From: a bacterium
Lineage (GTDB): Bacteria > Zhuqueibacterota > Zhuqueibacteria > Residuimicrobiales > Krinioviventaceae
Reading direction: 5' to 3'
NCBI GenBank assembly: GCA_963693055.1
Contig: OY843751.1
Span: 2,880,001-2,944,000 of the forward strand
Length of the DNA: 64,000 bases
Below, one piece after another: positions 36,909-45,591 of this stretch. Position 1 is the stretch's first letter, and every line of letters starts with the position of its first letter. Below the pieces are notes generated by a model. The model did not search any database, was not told where the DNA came from, and saw nothing but the letters and a program-made list of their open reading frames with translations. The position numbers were made by a program, and so were the translations under genes.

Positions 36909-38191
36909 TTATCCATCCGCCTGTATATAGATTGTGCATGTGCAGTTAATGCTTCACTGTTTGCAAATTTAATAATCTTGTTACCATGCTTTTGAATAGC
37001 TTTTTGAGAATAATGGATAATACTGCTGGTTTTCAAAAAATCTTCGGTACGTAACGGACTAAAAAATCGTGCAGATCCATTTGTTGGTAATACATGGTTT
37101 GGTCCTGCCCAATAATCTCCTACAGCTTCGGGTGAATAGGAACCTAAAAAGATGGCGCCCGCATTTGTGATATTTTCAACAGCTTCCCATGCGTTTTCTA
37201 CATGTAAACCCAAATGTTCAGGTGCAAGTCGATTAGATATCTCTATACATTCCTGCATGGAATCAGCAAGTATGACAGCACCATAATCATTCAGCGATGA
37301 ATCAATAATCTCTGAACGTTCAAGTAAATTAGTTTGTTTTTCTACCTGCTCTATTACATTGTTGGCAAGGGTTTCTGAATCCGTTATCACAATAGAGGAT
37401 GCTAGCGGATCATGCTCTGCCTGGGCCAGCAAATCTGCTGCTACATATTCAGCGTTTGCAGTCGAATCTGCCAATACCACAACTTCACTTGGACCGGCAA
37501 CCATGTCAATACCAATTTGTCCGTACAGCATTTTTTTTGCTGTGGCTACATAGATATTGCCGGGGCCAACAATCTTGTCAACTCGTGGTATGGTAGCTGT
37601 ACCAAATGCCATTGCTGCAATTGCCTGAGCGCCACCCACACGAAAAACACGGGTTATACCCAGTTCATATGCTGCGGCAAGAATTGTTGGATTGACATTT
37701 CCATCCTTATCCGCAGGAGTGGTAACAATAATCTCCTTAACTCCGGCAACCTGGGCCGGTACAACACCCATCAGCATGGATGATGGATACGCGGCACGGC
37801 CTCCGGGTACATATATGCCAACCCGTTCAAGGGGCATAACTCGTTGCCCCAGTACAACGCCGTCTTCTTCCCAACTCATCCAGGATTGTGGCAATCCTTT
37901 ACTGTGAAAACGCTTGATATTATCGCGTGACTCCCGGATCACCTCTAACAATTGCGGATCAAGATTGGCATGTGCTTTTTTCAATACGTCAAGAGGTACT
38001 TTGATACCCATTGCGGAAAGATCTACATTGTCAAATTTTTCCGTGTATTCTAAAAGGGCCGCATCTTTACGTGTACGGATATTTTTTAGGATAACCGTAA
38101 CGGCGTTGTCGATTTCATCGGAAACCTGTGTACGTCTGGATTCAAATTTGTCCAGAAAGGTCTTAATTTCTTCTTTTTGATAAAGATTCAT
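36905..38191 (-). CDS. hisD: Histidinol dehydrogenase
   Basis: YVPGG, GPGNIYV, AQAEHD, APEHL. Confidence 0.98.
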   Translation of the reverse strand: MNLYQKEEIKTFLDKFESRRTQVSDEIDNAVTVILKNIRTRKDAALLEYTEKFDNVDLSAMGIKVPLDVLKKAHANLDPQLLEVIRESRDNIKRFHSKGLPQSWMSWEEDGVVLGQRVMPLERVGIYVPGGRAAYPSSMLMGVVPAQVAGVKEIIVTTPADKDGNVNPTILAAAYELGITRVFRVGGAQAIAAMAFGTATIPRVDKIVGPGNIYVATAKKMLYGQIGIDMVAGPSEVVVLADSTANAEYVAADLLAQAEHDPLASSIVITDSETLANNVIEQVEKQTNLLERSEIIDSSLNDYGAVILADSMQECIEISNRLAPEHLGLHVENAWEAVENITNAGAIFLGSYSPEAVGDYWAGPNHVLPTNGSARFFSPLRTEDFLKTSSIIHYSQKAIQKHGNKIIKFANSEALTAHAQSIYRRMDK

Positions 38192-38205
38192 TTTTCTATC
38201 CGTTT

Positions 38206-39102
38206 TTAAAAAATGACTTTATTTAAAGGATACTCTATTATATCCTGTGCCCCTGCACGTTTTAGTGTAGGAATTAAATCTTTGATCATTTTTTCTTCTA
38301 CAATGATTTCTACAGCAACCCAGTCTTCACCATAAAGCGATGAAATAGTTGGCTTTTTCATGGCAGGTAAAACATTGATCAATTCATCAATTTTATTTTT
38401 AGGAAGATTCATTTTCAAACCCACCTTACCTTCCGCCTGAATTGCACTTTGCAATAACATGTTTAAATCTTCAATTTTTTGACGCTTTTCGGGAATCTCC
38501 CAGCTGGCTTTATTGGCAACAATCAAAGTACGGGATTCTAAAAGTGTATCAACAATCCGTAAATTATTTGCACGTAAAGAGCTGCCGGTTTCGGTCACTT
38601 CTACAATTGCATCTACAAGTGTGGGGGCTTTAACTTCTGTTGCTCCCCATGAAAACTCTACCTCTGCATTAACACCGTTTTTTTCGAGATAATCCTGGGT
38701 CAATTGTACAATTTCTGTGGCTATGCGTTTTCCTTCAAGATCTTTAACGCTTTTAATATCAGAATCATTCGGTACAGCCAATACCCAGCGAACAGGACGC
38801 ATGGTAGCTTTGGCGTATGTCAATTCACCCACTTCAACCACATCCGCGCGGTTTTCCATAACCCAGTCTCGACCGGTCAGACCGACATCGAATACACCGT
38901 CTTCAACATATTTTGCAATTTCCTGGGCACGAATTAAAATCGCCTGGATGTTTTCATCATCAATAGATGGAAAATAGGAACGTGAACTGACAGAAAAATA
39001 ATATCCTGCTTTTTCAAGCAATCTAAAAGTGGATTCCTGCAAACTGCCCTTAGGTAAACCTACCTTTAAAACTGTATCATTTAATGTACTGAGACTGGCC
39101 AT
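38206..39102 (-). CDS. hisG: ATP phosphoribosyltransferase, long form
   Basis: [25 protein letters not shown]-terminal regulatory domain. Confidence 0.96.
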   Translation of the reverse strand: MASLSTLNDTVLKVGLPKGSLQESTFRLLEKAGYYFSVSSRSYFPSIDDENIQAILIRAQEIAKYVEDGVFDVGLTGRDWVMENRADVVEVGELTYAKATMRPVRWVLAVPNDSDIKSVKDLEGKRIATEIVQLTQDYLEKNGVNAEVEFSWGATEVKAPTLVDAIVEVTETGSSLRANNLRIVDTLLESRTLIVANKASWEIPEKRQKIEDLNMLLQSAIQAEGKVGLKMNLPKNKIDELINVLPAMKKPTISSLYGEDWVAVEIIVEEKMIKDLIPTLKRAGAQDIIEYPLNKVIF

Positions 39103-39130
39103 AATTCAATTCTCCTGATTTAATTCATAA

Positions 39131-39164
39131 ACAAAAAAAAAGCCCACCGAAATTTCGGTGGGCT
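39131..39164 (-). terminator. his attenuator terminator
   Basis: Perfect 24-nt palindrome AGCCCACCGAAATTTCGGTGGGCT plus T-tract. Confidence 0.92.
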
Positions 39165-39210
39165 GTAATAAAAAAATATTTATAATGATATACTGGTCAT
39201 CCCACCTATT

Positions 39211-39258
39211 TTAGGTAATATGTAAATGATGGTGATGATGTACAGTATAATTTGGCAT
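39211..39258 (-). CDS. hisL: His operon leader peptide MPNYTVHHHHHLHIT
   Basis: 15 codons plus stop, six His, AAGGAAG RBS, upstream of terminator and hisG. Confidence 0.93.
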   Translation of the reverse strand: MPNYTVHHHHHLHIT

Positions 39259-39282
39259 GTATCTTCCTTAATTAATTATAGG

Positions 39283-39311
39283 AATATAACATTGATTTTT
39301 CATAAATGCAA
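39283..39311 (-). promoter_or_regulatory. Putative his promoter
   Basis: TTGCAT-N17-TATATT. Confidence 0.6.
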
Positions 39312-39327
39312 GGGATTTTTTGGTAAA

Positions 39328-39580
39328 AGCTGCCAGCTATATGCTGTTAGCTGTTAGTTTTAAGTCATCAATAATCGGTTATCAGGTCTCAAATGAGATC
39401 TGATCGCCTGGTACTTGGGTACCGGGTGGTATATTACTTGAGAACATTTGTCCCTGCATACATTATTCAGGACTAAAGTCCTGCTCTACATTTGAGCCGG
39501 GCTCAAATGTACCCGGCGATCAAATTTACACTCGTCATGTACAAGCCCTAAGCTATGAGCTGACAGCCAATAGCTTGTAA
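39328..39580. repeat. Structured intergenic element: heptamer arrays flanking nested hairpins, including a GTAG-type REP-like unit
   Basis: AGCTGTT-like heptamers at both ends; hairpins 39381-39404, 39468-39483, 39487-39511; inverted pair 39401-39414/39509-39522. Confidence 0.7.
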
Positions 39581-39644
39581 CTATTATAATCTGGATTCAG
39601 GCTTTGGTTCATATCTTTATATGTAACATGAATTTGAGCCTCAA

Positions 39645-40829
39645 TTATTTTACCACCTTGTACACTTCACGAGCAACAACCAATTCCTCATTGGTCTCTA
39701 CAACCACAATTTTAACTTTGGATGAGGATTTAGAGATGACCGCCTCTCCATTTACGCTATTGTTCAACTCTTCGTCCAGTTCAATACCCAGGCATTCGAG
39801 TCCGGTACAGATTTCTTTACGGAACGGCGCACTCTTTTCACCAATGCCGCCGGTAAAGGACACCACATCACAGCCGCTCAAAACCGCATAATAGGCACCT
39901 ATGTAGGTTTTCACGCGATAACAATAGGTCTGCATGGCAAGTTTGGCGCGATTGTCACCGGCAAGGGCGTCTAATTCAATCTGGAGTACATCCTTGTTAC
40001 CGCCGGCAATGCCTGAAAGTCCACCCTGGGATTGTAAGAGCTCAGCTACCTCGTCAACACTCAGGTTTTCTTCTTTTTGCAGAAACAATGGTATGAACGG
40101 ATCGAGATCACCACATCGGTTAGCATTTAACAGTCCGCTTTGTGGTGAAAAGGACATGCTGGTATCCATAGACTCGCCGTTTTTAATGGCACACATGGAT
40201 GAGCTACCACCCAAATGGCAGGATATTACTTTAGCGTCATTGGGATCGATTTCGGCAAATGTAGGAGCATATTGTGAAATAAACCGGTGTGACGCCCCAT
40301 GGAATCCATATTTACGTATGCTGTGCTTTTGTTCCAGTTCGTAAGGAATGCCGGTCGTATAAGCATAATCGGGTATGGTTTTGTGAAACGCCGGTTCAAA
40401 TAATCCCACACACGGGATTTCAGGCACCAATGATTGAAAACTCTTGATGGCATTGATATATGGCGGATTATGGGCCGGGGCAAGAAATACATAATCTTCC
40501 ATGGCCTGCAAAACCTCATCATCCAGAACGCGGCATTCAATCATGCCTTTTCCATGGACGGTCTTGAAACCGATTGCACCTAATTCGCTCAATGATTTCA
40601 GTACCTTGTCATCACCCACCAGGCAATCGATACAGTATTGTAAAGCGTCGGTATAGCCGTTAAAAGACACAGTTTTCTTTTGCTCGGAATTCAATGCCTG
40701 AATAGCTATTTTAGATTCAGAATAACCGATATTCTCAATCTTGCCGCTGGCAAGTATCTCTTCGGTTTCCATATCAAACAATTTGAATTTAAATGAAGTG
40801 CTGCCTACATTGGCTACAAGAATTTTCAT
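39645..40829 (-). CDS. ackA: Acetate/propionate kinase family protein with a divergent active site
   Basis: ANVGSTSFK, RKYGFHGASH, CHLGGSSS, FTGGIGE, TNEE; start MKILVAN. Confidence 0.88.
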   Translation of the reverse strand: MKILVANVGSTSFKFKLFDMETEEILASGKIENIGYSESKIAIQALNSEQKKTVSFNGYTDALQYCIDCLVGDDKVLKSLSELGAIGFKTVHGKGMIECRVLDDEVLQAMEDYVFLAPAHNPPYINAIKSFQSLVPEIPCVGLFEPAFHKTIPDYAYTTGIPYELEQKHSIRKYGFHGASHRFISQYAPTFAEIDPNDAKVISCHLGGSSSMCAIKNGESMDTSMSFSPQSGLLNANRCGDLDPFIPLFLQKEENLSVDEVAELLQSQGGLSGIAGGNKDVLQIELDALAGDNRAKLAMQTYCYRVKTYIGAYYAVLSGCDVVSFTGGIGEKSAPFRKEICTGLECLGIELDEELNNSVNGEAVISKSSSKVKIVVVETNEELVVAREVYKVVK

Positions 40830-40836
40830 TTTTCCC

Positions 40837-41793
40837 TCAATTTTTTTGCTGCTTTTCATACATTTCAGCGGCCAGGCACATTGCACCTACCATGCCTGCT
40901 TCATTACCCAATTGTGCACGTTTCAGTTTCAAACCAATCAGGTTGGGGCCCAGTGCATGCTTGCTCAATACTTTCCAAACTTCATCAACCAGTTCATCGC
41001 CCGCATCTGAAACACCACCACCAATCACAATTACTTTAGGATTAAAAACATTTGCAAGACTTGCAAGAGCAAAACCCAGGTAATTAGCAGTAATTTTCAA
41101 GGTTTCTAATGCTTCTTTTTCACCTTCTTTGATCCTGGCAAAGATATATTCGGTATTTATACCATCAATGGGAATGCTTTTCAATTCGCAGTAGGTCTCT
41201 ACAATACCTGTTGCCGAAGCATATCTTTCAATACATCCTACATTGTTACAGGGACACGGTTTACCATTTAGATCAACAGACATGTGCCCTATTTCAGCTC
41301 CGGCATAATTATAACCTCGATAGATTTCATTATTTAAAAGTATGCCACCGCCAATTCCTGTTCCCAGTGTCAAAGCAATCATGTATGCAGCACCTTTGGC
41401 GGCACCCTGACGTGCTTCAGCAAATGCCATTACATTTGCATCATTATCTGCCCATGTAGGTATATTAAAACGCCCCTCAATTTGTCCGCGAATATCTGCA
41501 TCAACCCATTTGGGTAAATTGGGTGTAGTGCCAACTTGTTTACCCGTTTCAAAGTTGATCGCACCGGGACTACCAAGACCAATCGCAATGACTTTAGCAT
41601 CCATTTTATCAGCTTCATCGATCAATTCCTGAATTGAATCCAGAATAACTTTGAATATCATTTCCATGCTTTCATGAGCCCTGCTTGGCGTTTTGCGTGA
41701 TATAATCAACTCGCCATCTTTGGTGCCCAAAGCATATTTTAAAAATGTTCCTCCCAAATCCAGACCAATTGCTAATTCCTTTTCCCTGGTCAT
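40837..41793 (-). CDS. ROK-family sugar kinase
   Basis: DLGGT, DNDAN, GTGIGGG, AEIGH, CPCNNVGCIE. Confidence 0.93.
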   Translation of the reverse strand: MTREKELAIGLDLGGTFLKYALGTKDGELIISRKTPSRAHESMEMIFKVILDSIQELIDEADKMDAKVIAIGLGSPGAINFETGKQVGTTPNLPKWVDADIRGQIEGRFNIPTWADNDANVMAFAEARQGAAKGAAYMIALTLGTGIGGGILLNNEIYRGYNYAGAEIGHMSVDLNGKPCPCNNVGCIERYASATGIVETYCELKSIPIDGINTEYIFARIKEGEKEALETLKITANYLGFALASLANVFNPKVIVIGGGVSDAGDELVDEVWKVLSKHALGPNLIGLKLKRAQLGNEAGMVGAMCLAAEMYEKQQKN

Positions 41794-41834
41794 TCAACCT
41801 CCGTAGTTCTTGTTAACCCAATCTCCTCGATATC

Positions 41835-42581
41835 TTATTTGAAAAGCTTTTGCACATTTTCATACGCTTCCAGCGTACCAATATCATAATATGCTTCCTT
41901 CATAATATGTGCAAAAACCGATTTTTGTTGATACAGCCAGCCGGTAAAATTTCCGGGCGCATCAGGATTATTGCCATCATCCAGGTATTTTTTAATTAAA
42001 GGCAGTGTTTCTTTTCTATACATATAAAATGCAGGTGCTACATAATTCGATTTTGGCTGCTGTGGTTTTTCTTCAAATCCAATAATTTGCTGGTTGGCAT
42101 CCAATTCCATGATACCGGAACGTTGCAGCTTTTCAAGATTATCAACAGGATGTGCCAACACTACATCAGCCTGTTTTTCTCTATACATGGCAAGCATATC
42201 AACAAACGATGATTTGTACACATTATCACCAGCAGTAACCAAAAGTTCACTATCGATCTTGTGCTTATCCAACACAAATTGAATATCTGCAATTGCACCC
42301 AAACGTGTTTCGTTGCTGGTTGTACCATCGTTTACAATGACAATATCAAACTGGGGAAAAATCTTTTTCTTATTAACTTCACTGGCCCAGTTTTCAAAAC
42401 TGGATGAAAATTTATCATTGGTTACTATATATACTTTATCAATACAATTCAGCTCTATAAAATCATCAAGAATATACTCAACAAGTGTTTTAGTACCCAA
42501 TTGCAACAAGGGTTTGGGACGATCTTTTGTGAGCGGATACAAACGGGTAGCGTAACCCGCAGCTAGTATAATTGCCTGCAT
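41835..42581 (-). CDS. Sugar-phosphate nucleotidyltransferase
   Basis: LAAGYATRLYPLT..PKPLL, EEKP, YDIG. Confidence 0.92.
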   Translation of the reverse strand: MQAIILAAGYATRLYPLTKDRPKPLLQLGTKTLVEYILDDFIELNCIDKVYIVTNDKFSSSFENWASEVNKKKIFPQFDIVIVNDGTTSNETRLGAIADIQFVLDKHKIDSELLVTAGDNVYKSSFVDMLAMYREKQADVVLAHPVDNLEKLQRSGIMELDANQQIIGFEEKPQQPKSNYVAPAFYMYRKETLPLIKKYLDDGNNPDAPGNFTGWLYQQKSVFAHIMKEAYYDIGTLEAYENVQKLFK

Positions 42582-42631
42582 AGATTCAATACTCCATAAG
42601 CTTTGGAAATTTTATTAATTGTGTAGGAAAA

Positions 42632-42934
42632 TCAGGATAATTTATAAACGGAATCCTTTACGAGCTCAAAGGTTACCGTTTGTCCAAAATGTGGACGAAA
42701 TGTTTTAATAAATGGTGTTAGGTCAATTCTGTAATGAACATGTGGTTTTTGTGGACCTCTGCACCAGCAATTTACAATTGAAATTTTTGAATCAAACGTT
42801 TCATCTTTAACCTCAACCTGAAATATAACATCAGGTTTTGGAAAGAGTTTCAAGCTATCTAGCAAAACCATAACATACCTTCCATTTGCTTCTTCGCTCG
42901 AAAGTTTTCTTTTATATATAATTTTTCTTTCCAT
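42632..42934 (-). CDS. Hypothetical protein with CxC and HxH motifs
   Basis: NCWCRGPQKPHVHY; GAGG RBS; operon packing. Confidence 0.75.
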   Translation of the reverse strand: MERKIIYKRKLSSEEANGRYVMVLLDSLKLFPKPDVIFQVEVKDETFDSKISIVNCWCRGPQKPHVHYRIDLTPFIKTFRPHFGQTVTFELVKDSVYKLS

Positions 42935-42942
42935 CTTGAACC

Positions 42943-43527
42943 TCAGGATTTGTTTTGTGGGTTGAAATACAATTTTTCATCTTCTTCAAACAGATTTTCA
43001 GCATAAAATCGATCCACTTCATCGAGTGTTACGGGCTTATTTGAAGGAAAACCTTCAAGGTCATCATTATCAATCCACTCTAGTGTGGAAAGATCTGCTC
43101 TGTCAATATACAGAGTGCCATTTAAATGGTCTATTTCATGCTGCATGACAATTGCCAACAATCCTTTGGCAGTAATTTCAACAGGTTCGCCTTTTTCGTT
43201 CAATGCTTTAACAACAACTTTGGTATACCTGGGTACATTGGCTTGCAAGCCCGGTAAACTCAAACAGCCCTCACCACCCTCTTCCATGGATTCGCTGTGC
43301 GCAATAATCTCAGGATTAATGAGAACATAGGTGTTATCAAAATCATGAGCAACAATAACTCGTTTCAGTACGTTAACCTGATTGGCCGCCAGTCCCACAC
43401 CATCTCTTTCGTGCATGGTTTCAACCATATCGTTTAAAAATTGCTCATCCAGCTCTTCGGGTTTTACAGGCTCTGCAACGGTTCGTAATGTAGGGTGCCC
43501 GTAATAGATTACATCAAGAATTGCCAT
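42943..43527 (-). CDS. def: Peptide deformylase
   Basis: GVGLAANQ, EGCLS, HEIDH. Confidence 0.96.
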   Translation of the reverse strand: MAILDVIYYGHPTLRTVAEPVKPEELDEQFLNDMVETMHERDGVGLAANQVNVLKRVIVAHDFDNTYVLINPEIIAHSESMEEGGEGCLSLPGLQANVPRYTKVVVKALNEKGEPVEITAKGLLAIVMQHEIDHLNGTLYIDRADLSTLEWIDNDDLEGFPSNKPVTLDEVDRFYAENLFEEDEKLYFNPQNKS

Positions 43528-43536
43528 GATTTTTCC

Positions 43537-44001
43537 TTAATTATTTTCTCGTCTCTCTTTGCGCGCTTTACGTCTTGTACCTGCTTGCTCCCATCTTTTG
43601 AGTTCTTCAGGTGTTTCAGCGTGCAGTTCTGGTAGCTTGCAAGGTTTATGATCTTTGGTCATTCCAACAATAATAAAAAATCCATTGGCAGCTAAAAATT
43701 TATCTCCATTGTAAGTATTGCTGGCCCATACTTCAACTTCTACATCCATTGAGGTTGTAAATGTTCTGCAAAGGACGGCCGTAACAGTTATAACATGACC
43801 AACCTGTATGGGTTTGAAAAATGTAACGGATTCTACGGAAACAGTTGTAACCCTGGCTTCTGAATGTCGTCTGGCACATATTGCAGAAGTTTCATCCATC
43901 AGATTTAACAAATATCCACCAAATATGGTACCAATAGTATTTGCATGTGCAGGCATTGCCAGTGTGCTGGATTCGGTATATGAGTCTAGAGATTTTTTCA
44001 T
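43537..44001 (-). CDS. Acyl-CoA thioesterase (hotdog fold)
   Basis: PAHANTIGTIFGG..L.LMD, FTTSMDVEV; ATGA overlap with lipA. Confidence 0.9.
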   Translation of the reverse strand: MKKSLDSYTESSTLAMPAHANTIGTIFGGYLLNLMDETSAICARRHSEARVTTVSVESVTFFKPIQVGHVITVTAVLCRTFTTSMDVEVEVWASNTYNGDKFLAANGFFIIVGMTKDHKPCKLPELHAETPEELKRWEQAGTRRKARKERRENN

Positions 44002-44864
44002 GCTGCGGCCCCACAACCAGAATACTGCTCATCCGCATGATATGAACTGCGAACTAATGGGCCGGATTCAATATGCTCAAATCCCAGTCCCAAACCAATT
44101 TGTTTATACTGTTCAAATTCTTCCGGAGTAACAAACCTTTCAATAGCCAAATGGTCTTTTGTTGGCTGCAAGTACTGACCAATGGTCAAAATCTTGCAAT
44201 TAACAGCCAGCAAATCTTTCATTAAATTTACTATCTCGTCAAGTGTTTCACCCACACCAACCATAATACCAGATTTTGTAACAGCTCCCATCTTGAAAGC
44301 ATTTTCTAAAACAGTCAGAGATTGTTTGTAATTGGCTTGCGGCCTTACTTTGCTATACAAAGAAGGTACTGTTTCAACATTGTGGTTCAAAATGTCAGGT
44401 TTGGCATCGAGTACGGCTTTTAAGGCTTCAACATTCCCTTTGAAATCAGGGATCAATACCTCTACTTTACAATCGGGTTGCTTTTCCTGAATCAGTCGAA
44501 TGGTTTCTGCAAAATGGGCTGATCCTCCATCAGCAAGATCATCTCGGGTAACCGAAGTTACAACTGCATATCGTAAATCCAGTGCTTTAACAGCATTTGC
44601 AACGCGTCTGGGTTCATCAGCATCCAGTTCACCGGGTTTTCCGGTTGTCACTGCACAAAAACGGCAGTTACGCGTACAGATATCTCCCAAAATCATGAAT
44701 GTTGCAGTACGTCGACTCCAACACTCACCCTGATTAGGACATCTGGCACTTTGACAAACGGTAAACAGGTTTTCATCCTGTATGATCTCATTTACCTTGG
44801 AATAATCGTTGCCACCCGGCAATTTAATTTTTAACCAATGGGGTCTTCTTTTATATATTTTCAT
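43998..44864 (-). CDS. lipA: Lipoyl synthase
   Basis: CQSARCPNQGEC, CTRNCRFC, RSSYHA. Confidence 0.97.
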   Translation of the reverse strand: MKIYKRRPHWLKIKLPGGNDYSKVNEIIQDENLFTVCQSARCPNQGECWSRRTATFMILGDICTRNCRFCAVTTGKPGELDADEPRRVANAVKALDLRYAVVTSVTRDDLADGGSAHFAETIRLIQEKQPDCKVEVLIPDFKGNVEALKAVLDAKPDILNHNVETVPSLYSKVRPQANYKQSLTVLENAFKMGAVTKSGIMVGVGETLDEIVNLMKDLLAVNCKILTIGQYLQPTKDHLAIERFVTPEEFEQYKQIGLGLGFEHIESGPLVRSSYHADEQYSGCGAAA

Positions 44865-44886
44865 AATACCATGTATATTTTATTGA

Positions 44887-45576
44887 TCAATCCTGGTCCC
44901 AGGTTTCTTTATTAACAATATATTTACCAAAAGCTTCCTGAGTCCAGGGCATATATTCACCAAACATTTCATTTATAGCATTTGCAAACTCGCGAATTTC
45001 ATATTGAGCATGATCATCCATTCGAAGATTCAAAAAATTCATAAGCGAGCGGGCATTAATCGTCCAGTAAAATTGTGTATACAAAGACAATGGCAGTACT
45101 ATACGCGCATGTTCTTTAGCTACACCCTTTTCAAGCAGTTCATGATAGAGTTCATAAGAATCCTGAAAATGCTTTTCAATTTTAGCCAGCAATTCAGCAT
45201 TTAATTCAGATTCAACCTCTGTATATTTGTAATTACGGGCTTTTTGTGAACGCAATACATCCGGAACACAAAATTCTTCTTTCATTTCTGCATAACGACC
45301 GGATATTTCATTATAACTGGATATTCTATGTCTGAACCACTGTCTTGCCACAAAAATAGGACATTTGATGTGAAATTTAAATACAGAATGTTCAAATGGA
45401 GTTTCATGATGATTTGCCATGAGAAAAAATAACAGCTTTTTATCACGTTCGTCGTTGGTAACTCCTTTGCCAAAAGACACGCGTGCAGCTTGAACCACGG
45501 CATTATCTCCACCCATAAAATCGACAAGCTTTACAAATCCTTTATCCAGAACATTTTTTTCCTTTAAAAACTCCAC
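44887..45576 (-). CDS. thyX: Flavin-dependent thymidylate synthase
   Basis: HETPFEH, RQWFRHRISSYNEISGRY. Confidence 0.97.
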   Translation of the reverse strand: MEFLKEKNVLDKGFVKLVDFMGGDNAVVQAARVSFGKGVTNDERDKKLLFFLMANHHETPFEHSVFKFHIKCPIFVARQWFRHRISSYNEISGRYAEMKEEFCVPDVLRSQKARNYKYTEVESELNAELLAKIEKHFQDSYELYHELLEKGVAKEHARIVLPLSLYTQFYWTINARSLMNFLNLRMDDHAQYEIREFANAINEMFGEYMPWTQEAFGKYIVNKETWDQD

Positions 45577-45591
45577 TCTAACCTCACTGTA

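Noticed and set aside
33341-38977. Numerous plus-strand ORFs across the his operon and other housekeeping genes
   Set aside because: Shadow frames of well-supported minus-strand genes, with no recognisable motifs
39645-40829. Higher GC in ackA as a sign of horizontal transfer
   Set aside because: Parts of hisD look similarly GC-rich; not convincing without computation
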